Shown: positions 30,018-40,675, counted from the first letter of the stretch. The stretch: DNA of 64,000 nt from an uncultured Pseudobdellovibrionaceae bacterium (GCA_963803705.1 CAWDNU010000004.1:896001-960000); one strand, 5' to 3'. The notes: generated by a model not told the origin, from the sequence alone. Numbers and translations are program-made.

Positions 30018-31268
30018 ATGAAATATTTAATTTTAACATTTTTTAGTTTGTTCACACAGCTTAGCCTAGCGATTTCACCTACTTTGTGTGAAGGCTACTT
30101 AGCTGGACAAGATATAGTTAGACCTCTGGCAACTGTGATTTCAAAATTAAAATTACCTACTCAAAAATCACCAAAAAGTCGATCAGGGGTTGACCCAACA
30201 GCTGCACTTCTAAAATCATTAAATTTCTTTCGATCTAATTTAGAATTACTGCAAGGTGGCCCTGAACTTTTCAGAATTTTTGAGTCAGGTGATAAATTAA
30301 ATGAAGATCAATTTAAATCAAGATTGGCTGAATGGGCCAAAAGCAACTTACAAGGCTACAAGCTTATTTATTTAGATGAAGTTACTGCTTATAAATTTTC
30401 TAACAGGTATTTAAACCAAAATATTCCAATTTACGATTTCGATCAGGGCTTACTAGACGACAAGTTTTTGTTTGAACTTTATGCTGACCGAAAAATCCCG
30501 ATTTTGAATGTGGACGACCTAGTTTCTAAAATTTTGATATTAGCGCAGCCAAAACTTAGATCTGAATTTGAACGTTTAGTTAGGTTGTATCAAAAAGCTC
30601 AGGCTTTAGGTGATCAGACATTGCAAGATCAACTTCAGGTACGTACTTCCAGGTCTCAAATTTATTCGGATTCAAACCGTCTAGAATATATTTCAATTAT
30701 TTTGGGTTTTCTATTGGATCAGATAGTTTTCTTAAGTCCAGATAGTGGCGGTAAACATAAACTAGTATTATTCGGATCTAAAAATTTAAACATATTTGCT
30801 CAAAACCAATTAACATCTATACCCCAGGATTTAGCCCCAGCTATTGATTTGAGTCTTGTTAGATATGCTCCTGCCCTAAGTTATTTTGAAGAGCAATGTG
30901 ATTCAAATAATCTTGCCGTACCTGATTTTTTTTCTTTTCTGGTCCAAATAAGAATATTAAACAGACCAGGTTCAAATCATTTGCGGCTGCCAGTTCTTGC
31001 GCACAACACTATGAATCAGCTTTTATCCGGCATCAGCTTGGTTATGGTACGCTCTAACTTTGAATCTAGACGATTAAATGACCAAGGCCTTCAGGCCTGG
31101 TTAAGGCTTTCAAGCTTCTTAAATGGTGAAACAGAATTACCCATTCAACAATTGCTTAAGTATGGTTTTCGTTTTGAAATGATAAAACATTATATACAAA
31201 TTGTAGAAACAGATATCGCGAAAGACGAAGGGTTAAGTCGCGTAGGTCCGGGGCCTTTGTTCGAATAG
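30018..31268 (+). CDS. Secreted hypothetical protein
   Basis: Signal peptide (SLA) followed by LCEGYL. Confidence 0.75.
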   Translation: MKYLILTFFSLFTQLSLAISPTLCEGYLAGQDIVRPLATVISKLKLPTQKSPKSRSGVDPTAALLKSLNFFRSNLELLQGGPELFRIFESGDKLNEDQFKSRLAEWAKSNLQGYKLIYLDEVTAYKFSNRYLNQNIPIYDFDQGLLDDKFLFELYADRKIPILNVDDLVSKILILAQPKLRSEFERLVRLYQKAQALGDQTLQDQLQVRTSRSQIYSDSNRLEYISIILGFLLDQIVFLSPDSGGKHKLVLFGSKNLNIFAQNQLTSIPQDLAPAIDLSLVRYAPALSYFEEQCDSNNLAVPDFFSFLVQIRILNRPGSNHLRLPVLAHNTMNQLLSGISLVMVRSNFESRRLNDQGLQAWLRLSSFLNGETELPIQQLLKYGFRFEMIKHYIQIVETDIAKDEGLSRVGPGPLFE

Positions 31269-31455
31269 ACCACCTTCCTGGCTTTATGGTGCCTAATCCC
31301 GGATTTTGAAACAGAGGGTTTTATTGGTGACAATTTAGGCTCCAGCTTAACACTCTTGTAAGATTTTATGTGCTCTTCTGCGAATGAACCAACTCTTATA
31401 ACTGATTTATTGAGCACACGTCTTGCACTTTATAGACTAATAATGGGAGCTCTAC

Positions 31456-33006
31456 ATGTCTTTAAATAAGTCTTTATCAGTGGTCTTTGTCCTTAACCTT
31501 GTTTTTACCATAACCTCCCATGCGGCAGATCTTTGTCAGTCCTATCTCAATCAGCCCTCAAAAACAGATTCTAAAACTTTAGCTGTGGTTGCTAAGACCT
31601 ACCCTGATTTATCTAAACGCCAACGAACTATGCTATTAGCTCGCACAGAAAGAACAACCCTTGAAGCCCTAGAGCAAGATTATTTGATAGAACTTATGGA
31701 ACTAGAGATTATCCATTCAAAGTTTTTTAAAGCTACTTACGATTCGGTGAGCTGGATTACATCGCCAGCTCAATTAGCACTATTTACCCCTCAAGAGGTC
31801 CAACAGTTAGCAGTGAGAATTTATCAACGTATGGACCGCTCTTTTGAAGATAAAGATGCTGGAATAAAGGCGTTGAGCAACGTTGTGAAAGCTAGAGAGC
31901 TTTTTATGAAGCTGCCCTCCGAGTATGTTATAGATAAAATTGGAGAGGCTTTGACTTTAACTGGAGTCAAAGGCAAATTTTTAAGATATCAGGAAGAAAT
32001 TAATAGCAGGGCCGAGATATTTCAGTTATATGGTGTTATCGTTCCAATTACGGGCACTGTTATTTCATTTGTGACAGCTTTATTTACTGGAGTGAGTTAT
32101 AACGATCCGCTATATTGGAGTACAAGCACGAGCTATTCAACGGGTCTGGCTACGACAGCTATAAACTATTACTCAACAGGCATTTTAGGAGTTTCTCTTT
32201 CAGCGCTGCCTGTAGCGTTTCAAAGCACTCGAATTGGTCGCTATCTGACAAGTAGAAAGTTCACGCGATCTCACAATGAAATTAGCGGAAATACTGCGGA
32301 ACTTGAACCCTACACCCGCCTGGCTTTATTCTCAGACACGAGCCCTGGCGAACTATCAGGCCGCATTAAAGAGATTGATGCTAAAATTCCCGATGAGATT
32401 TCAAGCGATCAGAACTTAATGACTTTCGGTTCTGAGCTCACAAGTTTAAATAAGGAATTGACCCGTGTTTTTGTAAACGACTTTATGAGTTGGATGGTTG
32501 TTTACAAAGAAAATATTGAAACTAGCAAACAGAGACTTTTAGCATTAAAAGACGGAAAGGTATCTAACAGCTCCGCAATAAAAGACCCTTTAAGCACTTT
32601 ATCTAATATTTTTGTCGAGGCTGGCGAAGCGACTCGGCAGACAAATATAACAAGTCAGAAAATCTTAAGAAAATTAAACGAAGCTTTACAAGTTTTAAAT
32701 GATATGGATCAGTCAGATTTTAATGACTTTGATAAAATGGACTGGGCTCGAAAGTCTGAACATTTAAGACAAACATTAGCTATTCACAGTAATTTTAGGA
32801 CATATCTCAGCCAAGTCTACCGAACGATCTCTGATGTTTTAGCAAGCCTCGATAGCATGAACCTAGCTGAAGCGGCTGTCTATGTTAACCGTATGGGCAA
32901 TCAATTAAAAAATAACTTAGAAGTAGTTCAACAGATCGAATTAGTTTTAGCGAGCCTTGATAAATTTGAGCAACAATTTGAAAGCTTAGTTGAAGTGATT
33001 AACTAA
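31456..33006 (+). CDS. Secreted helical protein with a central hydrophobic hairpin
   Basis: GGGAG SD; signal peptide (SHA) followed by LCQSYL; two hydrophobic segments in the middle; coiled-coil-like C-terminus. Confidence 0.75.
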   Translation: MSLNKSLSVVFVLNLVFTITSHAADLCQSYLNQPSKTDSKTLAVVAKTYPDLSKRQRTMLLARTERTTLEALEQDYLIELMELEIIHSKFFKATYDSVSWITSPAQLALFTPQEVQQLAVRIYQRMDRSFEDKDAGIKALSNVVKARELFMKLPSEYVIDKIGEALTLTGVKGKFLRYQEEINSRAEIFQLYGVIVPITGTVISFVTALFTGVSYNDPLYWSTSTSYSTGLATTAINYYSTGILGVSLSALPVAFQSTRIGRYLTSRKFTRSHNEISGNTAELEPYTRLALFSDTSPGELSGRIKEIDAKIPDEISSDQNLMTFGSELTSLNKELTRVFVNDFMSWMVVYKENIETSKQRLLALKDGKVSNSSAIKDPLSTLSNIFVEAGEATRQTNITSQKILRKLNEALQVLNDMDQSDFNDFDKMDWARKSEHLRQTLAIHSNFRTYLSQVYRTISDVLASLDSMNLAEAAVYVNRMGNQLKNNLEVVQQIELVLASLDKFEQQFESLVEVIN

Positions 33007-33044
33007 GCCTTTACCATGTTACACATAAATCCAAGATCCCGGAC

Positions 33045-33075
33045 TGCACGTGAGCATCACAATCAGGCTCATGCA
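33045..33075. terminator. Hairpin between convergent genes
   Basis: TGCA(CG)TGAGC...GCTCATGCA; no clear U-tract. Confidence 0.35.
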
Positions 33076-33085
33076 CCCTCGTTGC

Positions 33086-34189
33086 CTAATTTTTTTTAGA
33101 CTTTTTAGTCACTTCTTTTTCCAGGGCAGCTTTCATCTCGTCAGCTTTAGGTTCTTTTAGTATTGCAGGGTCGGATTTTATAATACCTGCGACCACTAAA
33201 ACTTTCTGCTTGATTTCAGCCATAATTTCAGGATTCTCTTTTAAGAACACTTTAGAATTTTCACGTCCTTGACCCAATCTTTCACCTTGGTAACTAAACC
33301 AAGCCCCGGCTTTATCAACGATTTCATATTTAGTTGCTAAATCTAAAATATCACCTTCAACAGAAATTCCTTGATTGTACATTAAATCGAATTCAATTTT
33401 TGCAAATGGAGGAGCCATTTTGTTTTTAACAACCTTGACAGCTGTCCTATTTCCAACAATCTCATCACCATTTTTAATGGCACCGATACGACGAACGTCA
33501 AGACGAACTGAAGAATAAAATTTAAGAGCGTTACCACCTGTAGTGGTTTCTGGATTACCAAACATCACACCAATTTTCATTCGAATCTGGTTGATAAAAA
33601 TAACCATGGTGTTACTGCGACTAATGATTCCAGTTAACTTTCTTAAAGCCTGTGACATCAAACGAGCTTGAAGACCCATGTGACTGTCACCCATATCACC
33701 TTCAATTTCTGCCCGTGGGGTTAAAGCCGCTACCGAATCGACAACAATCACATCGATGGCTCCCGAGCGTACTAAAGTTTCAGTAATTTCTAATGCTTGC
33801 TCGCCCGTGTCTGGTTGTGAAACCAACATGTCATTTATCTTACAACCTAATCTTTCAGCGTAATTTATATCTAATGCATGCTCTGCATCGACAAAAGCCA
33901 CCGTACCACCGGTTTTTTGAGCTTGAGCAATAACAGATAAAGCCAATGTTGTTTTACCCGAACTTTCAGGACCGTAAATTTCAACAATACGTCCTTTTGG
34001 CAATCCACCAGTGCCCAATCCAATATCTAAACTAAGTGCGCCAGTGCTGACAAAAGTAATTCCGTCAGAAAGTGATGAACCGTCACCAAGGCGCATGATC
34101 GAGCCTTTACCAAATTGTTTTTCAATTGAAGATAAAGCTAGGTCTAACGATTTTGTTTTGTCTGCATTTCTATTTGGTGCTTCTTTCAT
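33086..34189 (-). CDS. recA: Recombinase RecA
   Basis: [34 protein letters not shown]. Confidence 0.99.
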   Translation of the reverse strand: MKEAPNRNADKTKSLDLALSSIEKQFGKGSIMRLGDGSSLSDGITFVSTGALSLDIGLGTGGLPKGRIVEIYGPESSGKTTLALSVIAQAQKTGGTVAFVDAEHALDINYAERLGCKINDMLVSQPDTGEQALEITETLVRSGAIDVIVVDSVAALTPRAEIEGDMGDSHMGLQARLMSQALRKLTGIISRSNTMVIFINQIRMKIGVMFGNPETTTGGNALKFYSSVRLDVRRIGAIKNGDEIVGNRTAVKVVKNKMAPPFAKIEFDLMYNQGISVEGDILDLATKYEIVDKAGAWFSYQGERLGQGRENSKVFLKENPEIMAEIKQKVLVVAGIIKSDPAILKEPKADEMKAALEKEVTKKSKKN

Positions 34190-34225
34190 ATTTATATCTT
34201 CCTTTTGTTAATCTTTAAAAAGAGT

Positions 34226-34720
34226 TTAAAGTTGTGTTTTCAAAAAATCATTTAATAGCTGCCAGGCCCTTTTAGAGGATTCAAGTTGGATTTCATGGCG
34301 GTTAAGCTGCGCTCCATTAAAGCCTGTAAAAAGCTGTCTTTCAACCTTTTCAAAGTCTGGACCAACCACAGCAATAAAGACTAAGCCCACTGGCTTTTTA
34401 GTAGATCCGCCTGCGGGACCCGCAATGCCCGTAACACTAAGCGCAACGTTGGTGCTCAAAACAGACTTTGCCCCCTTTGCCATTTTGATAGCCACAACCG
34501 AACTGACCGCACCATGATCTTGCAAATCTTTTTCAGGAACTTTTAAAACATCGGACTTAGCTTGGTTTGAATAAGAAACAACAGATCCCTTATAAACTTT
34601 GGACACGTGGGGCAATTCTGTCAGCTGACTTGAGATCAATCCCCCTGTGCAGCTTTCTGCAAAACTAATGGTCCAATTTTTTTTCATTAATATGTCTACG
34701 ACATCTTGTCTTAAGTTCAT
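34226..34720 (-). CDS. cinA: CinA C-terminal domain protein / NMN amidohydrolase
   Basis: AESCTGG, GAVS, TGIAGP; directly upstream of recA. Confidence 0.9.
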   Translation of the reverse strand: MNLRQDVVDILMKKNWTISFAESCTGGLISSQLTELPHVSKVYKGSVVSYSNQAKSDVLKVPEKDLQDHGAVSSVVAIKMAKGAKSVLSTNVALSVTGIAGPAGGSTKKPVGLVFIAVVGPDFEKVERQLFTGFNGAQLNRHEIQLESSKRAWQLLNDFLKTQL

Positions 34721-34737
34721 GAGCCTCCATAGCTTAT

Positions 34738-34842
34738 TCTTTAACCTATTTCTTTAACCTATTTCTTTAACCTATTTCTTTAATCTATCTCTTTAACCTG
34801 TGTCTTTAATCTATTTTCTTTAATCTATCTCTTTAATCTAAC
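34738..34842. repeat. Tandem array of eight ~13-bp units (TCTTTAAYCTATY)
   Basis: Units start at 34738, 34751, 34764, 34777, 34790, 34803, 34817 and 34830. Confidence 0.92.
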
Positions 34843-34883
34843 TTAATTTTCACTTTTTAAATATCGTTTGAATTCTTGCTCTA

Positions 34884-35378
34884 TTAAAATGGATAAAAAC
34901 TTTGAAACCGTTCCATAATCCCTAAGGGTAAAATGATAAAGTGAAAAATCATGTTAACAATTAAGCCCGCTACAATGTCATCGGCCATGACTCCGGTAGC
35001 TCCTGGCACGCGGCGATCAAAGAATGAAATTGGTGGCGGTTTTAAAATATCTAAAAGTCGAAATAGCAAAAAGCCGAAACACAGGTTCAACCCTGATATA
35101 GGTACTAAAAAAAAAGTGATCAGAACACCCATCACTTCATCGCATACAACCTCTCTGGGCTCCTTGCTGACAGAACTTTCTAAATACAGCGATATGATCC
35201 ATAAACAAAATGCGCAGTAGATAAGCGCAATTGCAAAATAGAATGGCCAGCTTAAAAAACTTAGTAAAAACACAATGATAAGACCAAAAATACTACCAAA
35301 AGTGCCCGGGGCCAATGGCATTTGGCCTAATCCAAAACATGTTACAAAACTTACAACTGGCCATTTAACTGAACTGAT
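34884..35378 (-). CDS. pgpA: Phosphatidylglycerophosphatase A, start uncertain
   Basis: TCFGLG-x3-APGTFGS, VCDEVMG, FRLLDILKP, GVMADD. Homology extends upstream of the ORF-track ATG at 35321. Confidence 0.88.
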   Translation of the reverse strand: MSSVKWPVVSFVTCFGLGQMPLAPGTFGSIFGLIIVFLLSFLSWPFYFAIALIYCAFCLWIISLYLESSVSKEPREVVCDEVMGVLITFFLVPISGLNLCFGFLLFRLLDILKPPPISFFDRRVPGATGVMADDIVAGLIVNMIFHFIILPLGIMERFQSFYPF

Positions 35379-35476
35379 TAAAACCCCCGAAAAAACTAAA
35401 CTGCAGAAAATCTAAACCTCAAAATCTAGCTACCATTATTTAGCTGTTAATATGTTTTAATTCCTATTATACCTTA

Positions 35477-35923
35477 ATGATGCCGCCCATGGAATCAATA
35501 CTCAATAAAATTGCTGACTATCTTGCCCGTCGAGATCATTCAGTCAAAGAAATACAAGAAAAGCTTGCACAAAAACAGATCTATGATCCTGCTGAAATCA
35601 GCGAAGCGATACAAAAAGCAATTGATAACAAATGGTTTTTACCTGAAGAAGAACTGGCTGAAAAAGTCGCCCGATCCTTATATCTTAAGAATAAAAGTTA
35701 CTATTTCATATCTAATTATCTAAAAGAAAGGGGGCTACCCAAGGTCCCATTTTCGCCAGATAAAGAAGCCAGTGCGATTGGTAAGTGCCTTGCTAAAAAG
35801 TTTGGAAACTACACTAGCTTGAATTTTGAAGATAAACAAAAAGCCATCAGACTGCTTTCAAGCCGTGGCTTTCAAAAGGAAATATGCTATAAAGTTATAG
35901 ATCAAGCTTGTCCATTGGATTAA
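35477..35923 (+). CDS. recX: Regulatory protein RecX
   Basis: YLARRDHSVKE and RLLSSRGF; near recA, before alaS. Confidence 0.85.
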   Translation: MMPPMESILNKIADYLARRDHSVKEIQEKLAQKQIYDPAEISEAIQKAIDNKWFLPEEELAEKVARSLYLKNKSYYFISNYLKERGLPKVPFSPDKEASAIGKCLAKKFGNYTSLNFEDKQKAIRLLSSRGFQKEICYKVIDQACPLD

Positions 35924-35951
35924 GGTTTAAACAAAAAACAGAGATTTAAAT

Positions 35952-38621
35952 ATGAAAAGCTATGAAGTACGAAAAAAGTTTTTAGACCATTTTGAAAAGT
36001 ATGATCACCAACTTGTCAAAAGTTCTTCTCTTGTGCCGGCCGACGACCCAACGCTACTTTTTAACAATGCAGGCATGAATCAATTTAAAAGCATCTTTAC
36101 AGGTGAGCAGCCAGCACCCATATCAAAAAAAGCCACTAGCAGCCAAAAGTGTGTTCGCGCTGGTGGAAAACACAATGATCTAGACAATGTTGGTTTTACA
36201 GCCAGACACCATACTTTTTTTGAAATGCTCGGTAATTTTTCTTTTGGGGACTACTTCAAATTAGAAGCTATTGAAATGGCTTGGGAGCTTCTTACAAAAG
36301 AGTACAATTTAGATCCAAAAAGGCTTTATGTATCTGTGTATAACGATGATGATGAAGCTGCCGATATTTGGAAAAAACATATCTTTATACCTAGTGATAA
36401 AATCTACCGGTTTGGACAAAAAGACAATTTTTGGAGAATGGGTGACACCGGTCCCTGCGGTCCCTGTTCCGAAATCTTTTATGACCTTGGCGAAAGCGTT
36501 GGGGGCGACCCAAAACAGAATATTATGGGCGGCGAAGGTGACCGTTTTATAGAAATATGGAACTTGGTTTTCATGCAGTATTTCGAAGACAATAAAGGAG
36601 TAATGTCGCCACTGCCAAAGCCCTCCATCGACACTGGAATGGGCTTAGAAAGAATTTCATCAATACTTCAAGGGCACACGAATAATTATAATTCTGACTT
36701 ATTTATGCCTTTAATCGATGTTGCTAGTCAAATATCTAAAGTCAGCTATAATTTGGAAGCTTCAACGGATGACAAAAAGGCAGCTGCACTTAGAGTCATT
36801 GCCGATCATTCCAGAGCAGTAAGTTTTTTACTAGCTGATGGGGTAATACCTTCTAACGAAGGACGTGGTTATGTTCTGCGTAGAATATTAAGGCGAGCAG
36901 TACGCTATTCCAGAACTCTTACCCAATCCTCTGTGTTTCCTGAGGTGTGTAAGCAAGTCATCATCACCATGAACGATTTTTATCCCGAACTAAATCAGTC
37001 TAAAGATTTTATATTAAAGACTGTAGAGGACGAGCAAGAAAGGTTTTTGGAAACTTTAGACAATGGCACCGAACTTTTGGCCAATGAGATCAAAACTTTA
37101 AAAAATGAAAATAAAAATAAAATTGCAGGTGAATTTGTTTTTAAACTTTACGATACTTTTGGTTTTCCAGCCGATCTTACTAAATTAATGGCTCAGGAAG
37201 AAGGTCTAAAGATAGATCAGAATGGATTCGAAGAAAAATTAAACGAGGCTAAAGAAAAATCGAAGCTTGCTAAAAATACCAAAAGTTATTCTGCCAATAA
37301 TTCTGACTTGATCACTAAAACTCACTCATTAGTACCAACAGAATTTGTAGGTTATAATAATTTTTCCTCTGAAGCCGCCATATCGAAAATTTTTATTCTG
37401 GAAGATAAGATTTTACAAGAGGTTAAAACTTTAAAAGAGGGACAGACGGGTTTTGTCGTTTTCAACAAAACTCCTTTTTATGCCGAGGGTGGCGGACAAG
37501 TCGCTGATATTGGAACGGGTTCAGGAACTAATTTTGAATTCCATGTCATTGACGTGCAAAAATATAATAAGGTTGTTATTCACACGCTAGATATGACAAC
37601 TGGTTCTTTGCAGAGTGATTCTGAAATCACTTTGTATGTGGACCAAAAAAATAGAGCCCTAACAGCTTCTAACCATTCGGCAACACACTTACTACATCAC
37701 GCGCTTAGAAGCGAACTTGGACCGCACGTGAAGCAAGCTGGCTCAGCGGTAAATCCAGAAAAACTAAGATTTGATTTTACTAACAAGGGGCCACTTCCTG
37801 AAGATGTGTTAGTTAGAATCGAACATATAGTGAATCAGATGATTCAAAATTCGACAAAAGTAACTCACGAGACAAAACCTTACGACCAGGCCGTTAAGGA
37901 TGGAGCCTTAGCTCTTTTCGGAGAAAAGTACGAAGATGAAGTCCGGGTTGTAAGCATGGGTAAATCCATTGAACTTTGCGGTGGCACGCATGTGAATAAT
38001 ATCGCTGACATAAAATTTTTCAAAATTATTTCTGAATCCGGCGTAAGCTCTGGCGTAAGGCGTATCGAAGCTTTAACCGATTACACGTCTATCAATTATT
38101 TAAATAATCAGTTTGAAGACTACAAATCAATAAAAGAACAAATGCAGTTACCCGTACAGGCCAATAGAAATTTGGTGTCTCAGCAGCTCAATAAACTTAG
38201 ATCCGAAGTTTCAAGCCTTAAAAAAGAAATTAAAAGCAGTGCAGTTAGCTCTTTTTCAATTGATCAGGCTTTTGATGCCAGGGTGCTGTTAAATAACGAG
38301 ATCTCTTACCTAGTATGTGCTACCGAAATCAATGATAGTGCCACTTTAAGAGAAGCAGCAGATCGTTTAAAAGATAGAATTAAGACTGGAGTCGTAGTTA
38401 TCCTTGGCGCTTCAGCTGACAAAACTCCAGTGTTAGTATCTGTAACAAAAAACTTAAGCTTGAAGATACAAGCGGGCACTCTGCTAAATAAAATTACAAA
38501 GCAATTTGGAGGCAGCGGAGGTGGAAGACCAGATATGGCACAGGGTGCTTTACTGTCAAATGTCGCCTTTGTAAAAGTAGCTTCGAAAATTGTCAAAAAA
38601 CATATGGAGTCCTCGTTATGA
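35952..38621 (+). CDS. alaS: Alanine-tRNA ligase
   Basis: HHTFFEMLGNFSFGDYFK, DTGMGLER, HSATHLLH, ELCGGTH, GGGRPDMAQG. Confidence 0.99.
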   Translation: MKSYEVRKKFLDHFEKYDHQLVKSSSLVPADDPTLLFNNAGMNQFKSIFTGEQPAPISKKATSSQKCVRAGGKHNDLDNVGFTARHHTFFEMLGNFSFGDYFKLEAIEMAWELLTKEYNLDPKRLYVSVYNDDDEAADIWKKHIFIPSDKIYRFGQKDNFWRMGDTGPCGPCSEIFYDLGESVGGDPKQNIMGGEGDRFIEIWNLVFMQYFEDNKGVMSPLPKPSIDTGMGLERISSILQGHTNNYNSDLFMPLIDVASQISKVSYNLEASTDDKKAAALRVIADHSRAVSFLLADGVIPSNEGRGYVLRRILRRAVRYSRTLTQSSVFPEVCKQVIITMNDFYPELNQSKDFILKTVEDEQERFLETLDNGTELLANEIKTLKNENKNKIAGEFVFKLYDTFGFPADLTKLMAQEEGLKIDQNGFEEKLNEAKEKSKLAKNTKSYSANNSDLITKTHSLVPTEFVGYNNFSSEAAISKIFILEDKILQEVKTLKEGQTGFVVFNKTPFYAEGGGQVADIGTGSGTNFEFHVIDVQKYNKVVIHTLDMTTGSLQSDSEITLYVDQKNRALTASNHSATHLLHHALRSELGPHVKQAGSAVNPEKLRFDFTNKGPLPEDVLVRIEHIVNQMIQNSTKVTHETKPYDQAVKDGALALFGEKYEDEVRVVSMGKSIELCGGTHVNNIADIKFFKIISESGVSSGVRRIEALTDYTSINYLNNQFEDYKSIKEQMQLPVQANRNLVSQQLNKLRSEVSSLKKEIKSSAVSSFSIDQAFDARVLLNNEISYLVCATEINDSATLREAADRLKDRIKTGVVVILGASADKTPVLVSVTKNLSLKIQAGTLLNKITKQFGGSGGGRPDMAQGALLSNVAFVKVASKIVKKHMESSL

Positions 38622-39595
38622 AAGCAGATTTGGGAATCGTGCATGCACCCATCTGGGAGGGGCAAGCTAAAACAGGTGTCGCATTTGGGCCCACTGAACT
38701 AGAAAGACTTGGCCTTTACAAAGTTTTTTTTGATAATGGGTTTAGTTATAAAGTGTTTAAACCCAAAGAAGAGATGAAGACTGCATTAACTCAAAAAGAA
38801 AGTCGTTTTGAGGAAAAGTCAGTTCACACTGCCTCTGATTATGATGAATACCTTGAAGCTAAATATAAGAACATACACGACCTGATGCTGGATGCTTTTG
38901 ATGAATCAAAACTGCCAATACTCCTGGGCGGAGACCATAGTTGTGCAATCTCGTCGATTTCAGCTCTTTTGAAAAAGTATCCAAAGGCTGGAATAATTTG
39001 GATCGATGCTCACGCTGATATTAACACTTTTGATACATCCCCTACCGGAAACATACACGGAATGCCTGTAGCTGCATTGACCGGAATGATCTCTAAACAA
39101 GAACTTTTTTCAGGTAATTGGACTTGTGATTTTCTTGACCCAAGACAGATCGTCTATTTAGGAATTCGAGATTTAGACCCAGGCGAACAAAAAGTGTTGA
39201 AAGAAAGAAATATATTGGCCTATTCTGCGGATGATTTAAATACGGTACCGATGAAGGATATTTTTAAGACCATCGAAAACCATTTTAATAAGCATGGCAT
39301 TGACCAAGGTGTTCATGTTAGTTTCGATATCGATGGGTTAAGTTCTGAATTAGTTCCATCTACCGGAACACCTGTCCCCGGAGGAATACAACTAGAAAGT
39401 CTGAAATTGATCATGAAAGAACTGACTGATCATTTTGATTTAACGTCTATTGACTGTGTAGAATTTAATCCTAGCAAAACCAAATTACAAGATGACATTT
39501 TAAAGACCTACAATTCGATCGAGGTTTTTTTCCGAAGCTTGCTTCTTGACCCAAGCTTTATGGTGGATCGCCATGTCTTTAAAAAAGTCCAGTAG
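38618..39595 (+). CDS. rocF: Arginase
   Basis: GGDHS, DAHADIN, GNIHGMP, SFDIDG, TGTPVPGG. Confidence 0.92.
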   Translation: MKADLGIVHAPIWEGQAKTGVAFGPTELERLGLYKVFFDNGFSYKVFKPKEEMKTALTQKESRFEEKSVHTASDYDEYLEAKYKNIHDLMLDAFDESKLPILLGGDHSCAISSISALLKKYPKAGIIWIDAHADINTFDTSPTGNIHGMPVAALTGMISKQELFSGNWTCDFLDPRQIVYLGIRDLDPGEQKVLKERNILAYSADDLNTVPMKDIFKTIENHFNKHGIDQGVHVSFDIDGLSSELVPSTGTPVPGGIQLESLKLIMKELTDHFDLTSIDCVEFNPSKTKLQDDILKTYNSIEVFFRSLLLDPSFMVDRHVFKKVQ

Positions 39596-40507
39596 GCCCC
39601 AATGCTTTCGCATCACGCGCGAGTATTTTGCAACGTCATTGGTGTGAAATAATTTTGAAATATTAAATATGTTTTGCGGCTGACTAAGTAGCCACGACCA
39701 CGATCCTATTTCTAAAGTCCAAGGTAAAAATTTGGAATTTTGGCCTAAGGCCTTAAACGAGTCATACATATGATCCCAGATATCACCGTGAATCATGTAA
39801 CTGTCTGATTGTTTCTCGACAACATACCGATGAAAAGGGTGCGAGACTTTTAAGTATCGAGCAAATTTTTGTGCTAGCGGCTGATCATCAAAAGGCTTTA
39901 AAGTCTTACCATAAGGATACCAAAGTCGATCTTTAAGACCAAATCCCGAATGAATATCTAAGGCCATTGAAAAGGGCGCCTTGAACAAATGATTGCTTAC
40001 AAACTCAAACAGTATTTTATTTTCAAGCTCCATGTCCTGCGGATTTCCACGAAACCAAGGAATTTTTGAACTTACAGTTTGTCCGGTAGGCCAAAAAAGC
40101 GTTCCTTTTTCAGCATCCACAGGCGCATTTCTCATCAGATCTACCCCGTTTGGATTTGATCTGCGATTTAAAAACATTCCACCAGGATTTACTATTGGTA
40201 TTGAAACAACCCTCAAATTTTCTAACTTTTTAGTCAAAGACGTATCCCAGGCTAATTTGTTAGATAGCGAGTTTAAATAATTAGCAATTACATGAGTTCC
40301 GATTTTTTCCAGACCGTGTACGCCACCGAATAGACCGAGGACAGGCAAGCTGTCATCCTGGGGCCCAATTTGAAGCCCGTAAATAGGGATGGTTTGTCCT
40401 TTAACACTGATCTCGTCTAGAGTTTCGTATTTAAACAAAGACCCTAAACGATTCAGTTTCTTGATCACTTTTTCAACGTAAGATTGTTCTAAAAATTTGT
40501 TTCTCAC
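39500..40507 (-). CDS. M14-family zinc carboxypeptidase-like protein
   Basis: GGVHGLE, NGVDLMRN, DIHSG, TLEIG. Confidence 0.85.
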   Translation of the reverse strand: MRNKFLEQSYVEKVIKKLNRLGSLFKYETLDEISVKGQTIPIYGLQIGPQDDSLPVLGLFGGVHGLEKIGTHVIANYLNSLSNKLAWDTSLTKKLENLRVVSIPIVNPGGMFLNRRSNPNGVDLMRNAPVDAEKGTLFWPTGQTVSSKIPWFRGNPQDMELENKILFEFVSNHLFKAPFSMALDIHSGFGLKDRLWYPYGKTLKPFDDQPLAQKFARYLKVSHPFHRYVVEKQSDSYMIHGDIWDHMYDSFKALGQNSKFLPWTLEIGSWSWLLSQPQNIFNISKLFHTNDVAKYSRVMRKHWGLLDFFKDMAIHHKAWVKKQASEKNLDRIVGL

Positions 40508-40675
40508 AGAACTTTTATAATCGGCAGAAACCCTATTTCACATAAACTTTTTTTTAAGATCTAGTATCATTTTACCACGACAGAGTTTATCTTCAGCAGG
40601 CAATCCACTACTAGGGTGATGGTATAACTTGCATTCAGCTAACAAAGAGCCATAGTTAATTTTGAGTAAATAATC

